Part shown: piece by piece, positions 9,224-18,297 of the stretch
Numbering within the stretch: the stretch's first letter is position 1
Layout: each line of letters opens with the position of its first letter
Source of the DNA: a virus
Taxonomy: Duplodnaviria > Caudoviricetes
Direction: 5' to 3' (one strand)
Length of the DNA stretch: 55,778 nt
IMG/VR virus record: IMGVR_UViG_3300032215_000092
Span: 1 to 55,778 of that record
Notes under the pieces: generated by a model
What the model was told of the DNA's origin: nothing
The model's database searches: none
The model's input: only the letters and a program-made list of their open reading frames with translations
Translations under genes and position numbers: made by a program

Positions 9224-12094
9224 ATGTCTGGTGGATGGACCGCTGTAGACAGCATCACTAACAAGTCGATGCCAATTCAAGGCACCACTAACTCTGGTGC
9301 CACTTCTCCATATCAAACCCCTGCACCGGGGACGATGGACCCCGTTAACAAGTTCCGAGTCTCGACGCCGCAAGCGTTGATTGATACAGACTTTGAATAC
9401 GGAACTCAGCCCACCAAGTGGGAATCAATTGGACTGCAAAACAACCGGCAATCTGTTTACTACATTGCCCAGCAGCCCCTCATAGCCAATTCTATTCTTG
9501 GAACGGCAACGGCAGACCAAGTAACGCTTGGTTTTGGTTCTTCGGTAGCCATTGCCAATAACACGCCTATTTATATTCAGAACTCTACTAACTCAACCAT
9601 CAATGGTTGGGGTTATATTGCTACTGGTGGTACGGCAAGTTCATTTACTGTTTTACTGGCACCGGGTTCGTCAACCACGACTAATAATGCCCAATATTTT
9701 AGCGCAGCCACAACCGCTGTTTATTTGGGGTATTTTTATACTAACTGCGGTATTGCAATAGCCAAAAACAGCACCACTGCAATTGTTGTTACCAGTGCAA
9801 CCGTAATCACAGTTACCACACAGTTTTCTCATGGTTTAAACAAAGGCAGCTACGTTTACATCACTGGTACAACTGGTGGTACAAACGTCAATGGCGCTTA
9901 TATTGTTGCTACTGTTCCAACGCAAAACACGTTTACGGTTACTGCCGCCGCCGCATCTGGGACGGTTACTACATCTAACCCATCTACAACGTACACTAAC
10001 ACCAACCTATATGCTCGTCCTTCGGGTTATGTTGAGCCTCGTACATTTGACGGCGGCGTGGCTTTCTCTGCCGGTGGCGCAGTTCCAAACCAACAGTTGA
10101 TTCGTCAGACCCGTCGGTACTTCAGATATCAGTCTGGTAAAGGCATTCAGTTTTCGACTGGTACTTCGCTTAAACCAGCACTTTTCTTGTCGTCAATTAC
10201 CTCGTCTGGAACAACGGTAACGGTTACAACCCGGTATCAGCATAACCTTGGAACAGGCGCAAAAGTTCAAGTTGCTGGTTGTGACCAAGGTTCATATAAC
10301 GGTATCTTTACTATTACTGTTACGGGACCAACAACGTTTACTTACACTGCGCTAAGTGCCCCCGGAACCAGTCCAGCAACGGGGGCTATTCAAAGGGTTT
10401 CTCCGTACTCTTGGTATGGCGCAGCAAACCGAATTGGGATGTTTGACCAACAGAACGGCATGTTCTTTGAATATGACGGTCAGACGCTATGGGCGGTTTT
10501 GCGTAATAGCACAAATCAAATTAACGGCACGGCAGCAGTTGTAGCAGGTAGTGGCGACGTTACTGGGACCGCAACTCAGTTTTCGACTCAACTTCAGCCC
10601 GGAGATTTTATTGTTATTCGCGGGATGTCGTATCGTGTAATCACAATTACAAGCGATACTGCATTACAAATCTCTCCTGAGTATCGAGGTACTTCCGATA
10701 TTTCAGGTGTTTTGATTTCAAAGACAATTGATTTTAAAACCCCGCAACGGCTATGGACTGACCCCTGCGACGGCACCGGACCTTCAGGTTATAACCTTGA
10801 CTTGACCCGGATGCAGATGTGGTTTATTGATTATTCTTGGTACGGCGCTGGTGTTATTCGTTATGGTATCCGTACCACTAAAGGAAACATCAACTACGTT
10901 TATCAGATTCAAAACAACAACATTCAGTTTGAAGCATACATGCGGTCAGGTAACATGGCCGCGCACTATGAGTCAAATGGTGTTGGGCCGGTTACAGTGT
11001 TGTCGGCCAATGTGGGCAACACTACAGCTAGCATTAATAGTGCAATTTCATCAACGCAAACAACAATAAGTTCTAACTCTAACATATCTAGTTATTATAA
11101 TCCAACCGGAGTTATTCAAATTGACTCCGAATTAATTTATTATAGCGGTATTACTGGTACTTCACCTTCTTCATTTTTAAATTGTATTCGTGGTTTTGGT
11201 GGAACGGCTGCGGCAAGTCATGTTTCAGGTTCAAATATGTTGATGTCTTCAATTGACATTGCAGATTGCAGTCGTTTCCCAAATTCTGGCACAATCAAAG
11301 TAAGTACTGCTGGAGCTTCTGGCGCAATTGAATACATTAACTACACCGGAAACGACGGTAGTCTTCTGTACGGCTTAACTCGCCAAGTAGCAGGTGGAAA
11401 TCCCTCTTCACAGTCATTTACTTATTCCGCTACCGCCCCCGTTGCTGTTGAGTATGTTAGCCCAGATACGGTGCCTTCACTGGCACACTGGGGTTCGTCA
11501 GTCATCATGGACGGTCAGTTCAACGATGACAAATCGCTTATCTTTAACTACGGAACCACAGCGCAGCTTGCTGTCCCTGCGGGAGCAACTGTTCCAGTTA
11601 TTGCAATTCGGATTGCACCGTCGGTAGATAACGGGCAGATCGGGTTAATTGGTAACAAGGAAATTATCAACCGTATGCAGTTACAGTTGGTTGAGCTTGG
11701 GGTTGTTACGTCAGGAACATTCTTAATCAACTTGATTCTAAATGGGTATTGCACAAGCTTTAGCGGTGCGTGGAATGGCCCAGCAATTGGTAACGCTTAT
11801 ACCTCTTCATTGGCGCAAGTCGCGGCTAATACGACCACTACTGCCACGATTACGGGGGGTGAGTCAGTCGCTGCGGCGTTTACCAACTCTAGCGGTCAAA
11901 CCACGTTGGACTTGAGTCAGGTTCGGGACTTAGGTAACTCCATCCTTGGCGGTGGAAACACCTTTGCGGTTCCGACTGGACAAGCAGGTCAATACCCAGA
12001 CGGTCCTGATATCTTGTATGTTGTAGCTACTAACACTGCTGGTAGTCCTACAAACATTCTGGCACGGTTGTCTTGGAAAGAGGCGCAGGCGTAA
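9224..12094 (+). CDS. Large beta-rich virion protein (spike/fibre-like)
   Basis: 956 aa rich in T/G/S; repeated 'TVTT...H.L..G..V...G...NG.....V..TF' modules. Confidence 0.6.
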   Translation: MSGGWTAVDSITNKSMPIQGTTNSGATSPYQTPAPGTMDPVNKFRVSTPQALIDTDFEYGTQPTKWESIGLQNNRQSVYYIAQQPLIANSILGTATADQVTLGFGSSVAIANNTPIYIQNSTNSTINGWGYIATGGTASSFTVLLAPGSSTTTNNAQYFSAATTAVYLGYFYTNCGIAIAKNSTTAIVVTSATVITVTTQFSHGLNKGSYVYITGTTGGTNVNGAYIVATVPTQNTFTVTAAAASGTVTTSNPSTTYTNTNLYARPSGYVEPRTFDGGVAFSAGGAVPNQQLIRQTRRYFRYQSGKGIQFSTGTSLKPALFLSSITSSGTTVTVTTRYQHNLGTGAKVQVAGCDQGSYNGIFTITVTGPTTFTYTALSAPGTSPATGAIQRVSPYSWYGAANRIGMFDQQNGMFFEYDGQTLWAVLRNSTNQINGTAAVVAGSGDVTGTATQFSTQLQPGDFIVIRGMSYRVITITSDTALQISPEYRGTSDISGVLISKTIDFKTPQRLWTDPCDGTGPSGYNLDLTRMQMWFIDYSWYGAGVIRYGIRTTKGNINYVYQIQNNNIQFEAYMRSGNMAAHYESNGVGPVTVLSANVGNTTASINSAISSTQTTISSNSNISSYYNPTGVIQIDSELIYYSGITGTSPSSFLNCIRGFGGTAAASHVSGSNMLMSSIDIADCSRFPNSGTIKVSTAGASGAIEYINYTGNDGSLLYGLTRQVAGGNPSSQSFTYSATAPVAVEYVSPDTVPSLAHWGSSVIMDGQFNDDKSLIFNYGTTAQLAVPAGATVPVIAIRIAPSVDNGQIGLIGNKEIINRMQLQLVELGVVTSGTFLINLILNGYCTSFSGAWNGPAIGNAYTSSLAQVAANTTTTATITGGESVAAAFTNSSGQTTLDLSQVRDLGNSILGGGNTFAVPTGQAGQYPDGPDILYVVATNTAGSPTNILARLSWKEAQA

Positions 12095-12096
12095 TC

Positions 12097-12354
12097 ATGG
12101 GAACTCCAGCTTGGCAAAAAGCAGAAGGCAAGAACCCCAAGGGGGGCCTGAACGCGAAGGGACGCGCATCCGCGAAATCACAAGGGATGAACTTAAAGCC
12201 CCCCGCCCCGAAACCAAAAACGAAAGAAGACGCAGGGAGAAAGAAGAGCTTTTGTGCCAGAATGAGCGGCATGAAATCGAAACTTACTTCAGCAAAAACA
12301 GCCAACGACCCCGACTCCCGGATTAACAAAAGCCTTCGGGCGTGGAAGTGTTGA
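12097..12354 (+). CDS. Basic DUF6321-like protein
   Basis: 'GGLNAKGRAS...RKKSFCARMSGMK...SRINKSLRAWKC'. Confidence 0.7.
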   Translation: MGTPAWQKAEGKNPKGGLNAKGRASAKSQGMNLKPPAPKPKTKEDAGRKKSFCARMSGMKSKLTSAKTANDPDSRINKSLRAWKC

Positions 12355-12361
12355 GGTGGAT

Positions 12362-12598
12362 ATGGAACACACGATCTGGAACGCTGTACTTTCGGTAAGT
12401 GTCAGCGTTGTTGGGTTCGTCCTCAAGAGCGTCTTCGACGAGTTAAAGCGTCTTCAAGTGCTGATCAATAAGACACGCGAAGAAGTGGCTAAAGATTACG
12501 TAACCAAGACACAATTGGATTCGGATATCAACCGCATCTTTGATCGCCTTGATCGTCTTGAAAGTAAGATTGATCGGCTTATGGAGCAGCACAAATGA
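12362..12598 (+). CDS. Small protein with an N-terminal TM helix and a coiled coil
   Basis: Hydrophobic N-terminus then 'FDRLDRLESKIDRL'; GAGGTG RBS. Confidence 0.65.
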   Translation: MEHTIWNAVLSVSVSVVGFVLKSVFDELKRLQVLINKTREEVAKDYVTKTQLDSDINRIFDRLDRLESKIDRLMEQHK

Positions 12599-14061
12599 GA
12601 AAGCTCAAAAAATTTAAGCGCTTTAGCCAAGGTGGCCTCGGCAGCAGCGAGGGTGAAGGCGATCCTTTTGCCAAAAAGACAGAATTTGCGCCGGGTCAGG
12701 GCGAACGAAATTTGGAGGGTATTAAAGACTTCTTTATGGGTCGCCGCTCTAGAGGTGAAGCGTCTGCTCCGATTGAAGAGCGTGATACTTCCCGCAAAAC
12801 TCCGGAGCCCGTAAAAGCTGAACCTGAAAAAGCAGAACCCGCAAAGGCCGGAACTGAGCGAGTTCAAAAACCTGCTGTTACAACGACCGATACAACTCCT
12901 AAAGATCGCGGCGAAACAGATTTTAATTACGAACCTCAGCGGCCATATAACCAAGCTCTTGAAGATGCTAAAGAGCAAGGGCGTCGCGCACGGGATGCGT
13001 TCAAACCTGCTAAACCTGCCGCTGATAAGCCCATTAACATTAGTACTGGAGCATCTGGGTTTAAGTTTCCTAAAGAAAAAACTTCAGAGCCTTCTTCTAA
13101 ACCTAGCTATGTAGGAGCGGGTGATAGCGACGATAGCGTCGAAACCAAGAATAAGAATGAGGTAGAACGACTAAAGCGGGTTGGTAGCGGGGCTGTTGAA
13201 CAGACCATGATGGGTCCGGTTGAGACCATTGCTCTTGGGGCTTCAAAGCTCCCATCTATGGCCCGTGCTGGTTTTGGTGCGGCTAGAAAAGCGTACGACG
13301 AATTTACTACCCCCTCAGTAGGAAAAGGGACTGGTAAATTCCCCGAAGCTAAGCCAGAAATTCAAGTTTCTAACAAGCCCGCTGTTGAGCGGGTTAAAGA
13401 TGCAAAGATTGAAGGGCCTCCTAAACCCCCACGGCAGGAAACTTCCGCAGACAAAATGGGCGTGCGTGAGACTTCCGCGATGGAGAAGACCCGCAAAGCA
13501 AATGAGGAAGGCCCTCCCGATGTAGGTGCACGCGCACGCCGGGTTGCTGAAGACACGGCTAAAGCAGATAAGCAAGCCGAGACCACCATGGCCGCTGCTG
13601 GGCGTCGCGCTCAGCAAACCCGTGCGGATGAGAAGCAAGCAGCCGATGCCATGGCTGCCGCAAGCAAGCGGGCTAAAGAAAATCGTGCTGCTGAAAAGCA
13701 AGCCGCCGACTCGATGGCGTCAGCAGGTGCACGCGCTAAAGAAACCCGCGCTTCTGAAAAGCAAGCTTCCGATGCCATGGCTGCGGCAAACAAGCGGACT
13801 AAAGAAGCCCGTGCGCAGAACCGCATCAAGGACATTAAGGAAGAGCACCGTAAACCCGGCTTTATGCAAGAGTATATTGCTGGCCGTGCACAGAATCGTA
13901 ACCGCATCAAAGATCTTCCAAACGACGGATTGGCCGCGCGATACGAGAACAAGAAGGGTGGCAAGATCCCAGCCTTCAAGAAAGGCGGTTCGGTTAGCTC
14001 CGCTTCTTCTCGCGCGGACGGTTGCGCTACTAAGGGCAAAACTCGCGGACGGATGATGTAA
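12595..14061 (+). CDS. Low-complexity charged protein, possible internal head protein
   Basis: ATGA overlap; K/A/E/P-rich; 21-aa repeats; GG motifs at both ends. Confidence 0.65.
   Translation: MRKLKKFKRFSQGGLGSSEGEGDPFAKKTEFAPGQGERNLEGIKDFFMGRRSRGEASAPIEERDTSRKTPEPVKAEPEKAEPAKAGTERVQKPAVTTTDTTPKDRGETDFNYEPQRPYNQALEDAKEQGRRARDAFKPAKPAADKPINISTGASGFKFPKEKTSEPSSKPSYVGAGDSDDSVETKNKNEVERLKRVGSGAVEQTMMGPVETIALGASKLPSMARAGFGAARKAYDEFTTPSVGKGTGKFPEAKPEIQVSNKPAVERVKDAKIEGPPKPPRQETSADKMGVRETSAMEKTRKANEEGPPDVGARARRVAEDTAKADKQAETTMAAAGRRAQQTRADEKQAADAMAAASKRAKENRAAEKQAADSMASAGARAKETRASEKQASDAMAAANKRTKEARAQNRIKDIKEEHRKPGFMQEYIAGRAQNRNRIKDLPNDGLAARYENKKGGKIPAFKKGGSVSSASSRADGCATKGKTRGRMM
13558..13815 (+). 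repeat. 63-bp (21-aa) coding repeat, about 4 copies
   Basis: RADEKQAADAMAAASKRAKEN / RAAEKQAADSMASAGARAKET / RASEKQASDAMAAANKRTKEA at 13621, 13684 and 13747, plus a degenerate first unit. Confidence 0.85.
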
Positions 14062-14420
14062 TGCCTAGCACTTCCAAGAAGCAGCATAATTTCATGGAGG
14101 CGATTGCCCATTCGCCTTCGTTTGCGAAGAAAGCGGGAGTTCCTCAGTCAGTAGGCAAGGACTTCGCAGCGGCGGATAAGGGCAAAACTTTTAAATCGGG
14201 TGGTGACATGATGAACTCCAAAATGAAAATGTTTGAGAAATCAGGCAAAGACGTTGAGAAAAAAGGTATGGAGGAAGGTTCTAAAGCCGACATGGCGCTA
14301 GACAAAAAGCAAATGAAAGGCTACTCCAAAGGTGGGTTTACCCGCGCTGCGGACGGTGTTGCTAGTAGAGGCAAGACCAAAGCCAAGCAGATCAAGATGG
14401 CTGGCGGCGGGAAGTGCTGA
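14061..14420 (+). CDS. Small K/M/G-rich basic protein
   Basis: TAATG overlap; 'MPSTSKKQHNFMEAIAH'; three GG motifs. Confidence 0.7.
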   Translation: MPSTSKKQHNFMEAIAHSPSFAKKAGVPQSVGKDFAAADKGKTFKSGGDMMNSKMKMFEKSGKDVEKKGMEEGSKADMALDKKQMKGYSKGGFTRAADGVASRGKTKAKQIKMAGGGKC

Positions 14421-14421
14421 G

Positions 14422-14673
14422 ATGATGGCAAGCCGTGGGATGGGTGCTATTGACCCATCCAAAATGCCGGGGAAGAAAAAGATTGTCCGTAAGGACGATC
14501 CGAACGATGTCGCCATGTACGCCGAAGGCGGGCATGTTGGTCTGTATGACAACATTAACGCTAAACGCAAACGTATAGCTCAAGGCTCTGGCGAGAAGAT
14601 GCGCAAGCCCGGAGCCAAGGGCGCTCCCTCCAAGCAAGACTTTATCGACTCTGCTAAGACGGCTAAAAAATGA
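14422..14673 (+). CDS. Small basic protein
   Basis: ATG just after the upstream stop; 'GLYDNINAKRKRIAQGSGEKMRK'. Confidence 0.65.
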   Translation: MMASRGMGAIDPSKMPGKKKIVRKDDPNDVAMYAEGGHVGLYDNINAKRKRIAQGSGEKMRKPGAKGAPSKQDFIDSAKTAKK

Positions 14674-15380
14674 CAGTCTCCGGGGTCGCCAACTTTGACA
14701 TGAACTTCACGGAACTCGCTGAAGAAGCGTTTGAACGTGCAGGTCGTGAGATGCGCTCTGGTTACGATCTTCGGACGGCGCGGCGTAGTGCCAATATCAT
14801 GATGGCCGAGTGGGCTAATCGTGGTATTAATATGTGGACGATTGAGCAGGGGACCATCAACCTTGTTCAAGGTACGGCAACGTACAACCTACCGGCTGAC
14901 ACAGTTGATTTGTTAGAGCATGTGATCCGTACAAATTCGGGTAGCATCTCTAATCAATCTGACCTGACCATCACTCGGATCAGTGTCTCTACTTACGCGA
15001 CTATCCCAAACAAACTTAGCGAAGCGCGTCCTATTCAAGTTTGGATCCAGCGTAAACAAGACGTACCTACTATAACTGTCTGGCCCGTGCCGGACCAAGG
15101 TACAATCGCATCCCCATACTATGTTTTTGCTTATTGGCGATTACGTCGAATTGACAATATGGGGACTGGTGTCAACACGGCTGACGTGAACTTCCGGTTT
15201 CTCCCATGCCTTACCGCAGGGTTGGCTTACTATATAGCCATGAAGATTCCTGAGGGGGCGCAACGTCTTGACATGCTAAAGAATGAGTATGAGTATCAGT
15301 TCCAGATGGCGGCTACTGAAGACCGAGAGAAAGCGGCAGATCGGTTTGTACCTCGGCAGTATTTTATCGGTAGTAGTTAA
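14670..15380 (+). CDS. Head-tail adaptor-like protein
   Basis: 'ARRSANIMMAEWANRG...TYNLP...WPVPD...LTAGLAYY' adaptor pattern. Confidence 0.65.
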   Translation: MTVSGVANFDMNFTELAEEAFERAGREMRSGYDLRTARRSANIMMAEWANRGINMWTIEQGTINLVQGTATYNLPADTVDLLEHVIRTNSGSISNQSDLTITRISVSTYATIPNKLSEARPIQVWIQRKQDVPTITVWPVPDQGTIASPYYVFAYWRLRRIDNMGTGVNTADVNFRFLPCLTAGLAYYIAMKIPEGAQRLDMLKNEYEYQFQMAATEDREKAADRFVPRQYFIGSS

Positions 15381-15769
15381 TGGGTAATCGGTTCGCCTCA
15401 GGCAAACGAGCTATTGCGGAGTGCGACCGGTGCGGATTCCGTTTTAAGCTAAAGGATCTTAAAAAGCTAGTAGTCAAGACAAAGCTAGTTAATATCAAGG
15501 TTTGTCCACAGTGTTGGACACCGGACCAACCCCAGTTACAGCTTGGGATGTACCCGGTTGAAGATCCTCAGGCACTTCGAGAACCTCGTAAAGATCTTAG
15601 CTACGAACAATCTGGGGTTAACGTAAACGGGTATCCGTCAGAAGGCAGTAGAATTTTTCAGTGGGGATGGGCACCGGTTGGGGGGGCTAGTGGATTTGAC
15701 GATCCTTTGACACCAAACTACTTGGTTGCTAGGACATACGTTGGTACAGTAACGGTTACGACGACATAG
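15380..15769 (+). CDS. Zn-ribbon hypothetical protein
   Basis: CDRC...CPQC; TAATG overlap. Confidence 0.65.
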   Translation: MGNRFASGKRAIAECDRCGFRFKLKDLKKLVVKTKLVNIKVCPQCWTPDQPQLQLGMYPVEDPQALREPRKDLSYEQSGVNVNGYPSEGSRIFQWGWAPVGGASGFDDPLTPNYLVARTYVGTVTVTTT

Positions 15770-15775
15770 GAGTCC

Positions 15776-15967
15776 ATGATGGACAAAAAGGAAGTTAAAG
15801 GGATTGCTGACGTGGAAGCTGCCAAAGCAGTTAAAGGTCATGAGTCTCGTATGCACAAGGGAGCCAAAGGCATGAAAGCCGGTGGTCCGACTTCGGATGA
15901 CCGTATGAAATACGGTCGGAATATTGCTCGCGCTATGAATCAGCGCTCTGGCGCACGGGGGCGATAA
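15776..15967 (+). CDS. Small basic protein
   Basis: AGGAG RBS, tight packing, 'MKAGG' motif. Confidence 0.6.
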   Translation: MMDKKEVKGIADVEAAKAVKGHESRMHKGAKGMKAGGPTSDDRMKYGRNIARAMNQRSGARGR

Positions 15968-16230
15968 TGGCTAAGTTCAGCATGAAACAAGGCGGCAAAG
16001 AAGTTGGCCCCGCATCAACGTACGCCAAACCGCATGACATGAAGGGCAAGGCGATGTCAATTGCCGAGAACCCCGGTAAGCCGTCTGATCTTGAAAGTCT
16101 TAGCACCATGCGTATGAGTGTTGGGATGTACAACAACGGGCCGGATAAAGGACCTAAAACCACAGGCATTAAAACCCGTGGTAACGGCGCGGCAACTAAA
16201 GGCACGATGGCTCGGGGCCCGATGGCATGA
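15967..16230 (+). CDS. Small basic protein
   Basis: TAATG overlap; 'KTRGNGAATKG' motif. Confidence 0.6.
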   Translation: MAKFSMKQGGKEVGPASTYAKPHDMKGKAMSIAENPGKPSDLESLSTMRMSVGMYNNGPDKGPKTTGIKTRGNGAATKGTMARGPMA

Positions 16231-16877
16231 ACTACGCCGATCTGGTTACGAACATATCTGACATCACGGAAAATACTTTCCTGACGAGAGATGTAAATAT
16301 GTTTATCCAGCAGGCTGAGCAGAAGATCTATAACACGGTCCAACTGCCCAACCTGCGTAAAAACGTGACCGGCGTAGCAACTGCAACGAATAAATATTTA
16401 TCGTGCCCAGCAGATTTTTTATCTGTTTATTCATTAGCGGTTTTTTCTACGGGCGGAAGCTATACATACTTGCTGAATAAAGATGTGAACTTCATCCGTG
16501 AAGCGTATCCCAACCCTACGGATACTGGGCTTCCAGCGCACTATGCTATTTTTGGCCCACAAACTGGACTCCCAACGTCGCTATCATTTATTTTTGGGCC
16601 TACTCCCGACGCAGCATACAACATAGAGCTGCACTATTACTATTACCCAGAGTCAATTGTAACCGCCGGAAATACATGGCTGGGCGATAACTTTGATTCT
16701 GCGTTGCTTAATGGCGCGTTGGTTGAAGCGATTCGGTTCATGAAAGGTGAGCAGGAGTTGGTTGGGATTTACCAAGGAATGTACGACAACGCTCTAACCC
16801 TGCTTAAACAACTGGGCGACGGTAAAGATCGTCAGGATGCGTACCGCAGCGGTCAGACTCGCGTGCAGGTGGTCTGA
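16227..16877 (+). CDS. Tail adaptor / tubular protein A-like
   Basis: 'FIQQAEQKI...GPTPD..Y.IELHYY...ALLNGALVEA'. Confidence 0.65.
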   Translation: MNYADLVTNISDITENTFLTRDVNMFIQQAEQKIYNTVQLPNLRKNVTGVATATNKYLSCPADFLSVYSLAVFSTGGSYTYLLNKDVNFIREAYPNPTDTGLPAHYAIFGPQTGLPTSLSFIFGPTPDAAYNIELHYYYYPESIVTAGNTWLGDNFDSALLNGALVEAIRFMKGEQELVGIYQGMYDNALTLLKQLGDGKDRQDAYRSGQTRVQVV

Positions 16878-17299
16878 TGGCTATCATTCAGACTCAGACG
16901 ACAAGTTTCAAATCTGAGTTGTATCAGGCAATTCACAACCTGCTGACGGACACGCTGAAGATCGCGCTATACACCGGAAATGCTACATTAAACGCGGATA
17001 CAACTGCATACACGGCTAGCAATGAAGTTGTGGGTACGGGCTACACGGCTGGTGGGGTTACTCTTACAGGTGTGACGGTAAACTCGTCTGGATATACAGC
17101 GTACGTCAGTTTTAACAATCCAGCGTGGACTTCCGCCACCTTTATTGCCCGCGCGGCTTTGATTTATAATGTTAGCAAAGCTAACCGGTCTATCGCTGTT
17201 CTTGATTTTGGGGCCGACAAAACGGTTTCCAATAGTACGTTTACTATTACGCTCCCAACAAATAGTGCAACAACCGCACTAATTCGGTCATCTAATTAG
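16877..17299 (+). CDS. Small virion fibre-subunit-like protein
   Basis: 'LKIALYT...NEVVGTGYTAGG...ALIYN...LDFG...FTITLP'. Confidence 0.6.
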   Translation: MAIIQTQTTSFKSELYQAIHNLLTDTLKIALYTGNATLNADTTAYTASNEVVGTGYTAGGVTLTGVTVNSSGYTAYVSFNNPAWTSATFIARAALIYNVSKANRSIAVLDFGADKTVSNSTFTITLPTNSATTALIRSSN

Positions 17300-17307
17300 G
17301 ATTTATC

Positions 17308-17820
17308 ATGGAAAAAGTATTTGCTTCTGGACAATTTTATGTCCTTTGCTATGACGAAAATGGCGACCTTAAATGGGAAGAAAAGAACAACAACTTGGTA
17401 GTTAACGTCGGTATCCAGTACATGGCTGGTACCGCACTAACAAGTGTTACTCAGATCACAACGTGGTCTATTGGACTGTACGGCGCTGGCTCTACCAATA
17501 ACCCTGCCGCTGGCGATACTATGGTAAGCCATGCTGGTTGGACTGAGGTTACAAACTACAGTCAAAGTACTCGGGTGGCTGCTGTTTTTGCAACGGCTAC
17601 CACGGCTAACCCTTCGGTTGTTACTAACTCGGCTTCGGTCGCAGTGTTTTCAATCAACGGTAGTGGTACGGTTGGTGGCGCATTCCTGACTAGTAACAAC
17701 ACTAAGTCGGGTACAGCTGGTACGCTGTTTTCCGCATCCGACTTTACGGGCGGTGACCGCACGGTTGTGTCTGGTGATACGTTGAACGTAACTTATACGT
17801 TCAGCCTAACTGCAACTTAA
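17308..17820 (+). CDS. Small virion fibre-subunit-like protein
   Basis: 'NLVVNVG...WTEV..Y..R...GTLFS...GDTLNVTYT'. Confidence 0.6.
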   Translation: MEKVFASGQFYVLCYDENGDLKWEEKNNNLVVNVGIQYMAGTALTSVTQITTWSIGLYGAGSTNNPAAGDTMVSHAGWTEVTNYSQSTRVAAVFATATTANPSVVTNSASVAVFSINGSGTVGGAFLTSNNTKSGTAGTLFSASDFTGGDRTVVSGDTLNVTYTFSLTAT

Positions 17821-17833
17821 TTGGGGGTGGGGT

Positions 17834-18115
17834 GTGGAAAGAATTACCCCTACCTATACCTTCTTGTACGACAAAGTAAGGTTCGCGGTGTATCACGCAA
17901 ACACGGGGGAGGGTCTCCCCCGTCATCAGCACACATTTGCTCATCTGACAATGTGCGTTGCTGGAAAGGCGGCAATTCGTAAAGAAAATCTTTACAAAGA
18001 AATGGACAAGGACACCACGCCAGTAATCCTAAAAGAAATTGAATGGCATGAAGTTGAGGCGCTAGTTGATGGGACTGTGTTCATCAATGTATTTCCGTCT
18101 AGCGAGGAAGAATAA
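17834..18115 (+). CDS. Cupin-fold protein
   Basis: Cupin motif 1 'GLPRHQHTFAHLTMCVAG' and motif 2 'WHEVEAL..TVFINVF'. Confidence 0.75.
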   Translation: MERITPTYTFLYDKVRFAVYHANTGEGLPRHQHTFAHLTMCVAGKAAIRKENLYKEMDKDTTPVILKEIEWHEVEALVDGTVFINVFPSSEEE

Positions 18116-18297
18116 TGAACTGCGTTCTTCTTGATGATCAAGGCAATTATGTCAATACTATTGTTACGGATTCTTTAAGTTGGTATGACCCGACTTGGAC
18201 GCTTATTCCCGTTCCTGAAGGGTATGGTTGGAATGGAAAAGAGGTTGTTCCTAGTAGCTTATTCGTATCTAACGAAGTAACCCCCGAAGTAATTTAA
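18115..18297 (+). CDS. Small fibre-associated protein
   Basis: TAATG overlaps on both sides; 'NTIV...GYGWNG'. Confidence 0.6.
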   Translation: MNCVLLDDQGNYVNTIVTDSLSWYDPTWTLIPVPEGYGWNGKEVVPSSLFVSNEVTPEVI

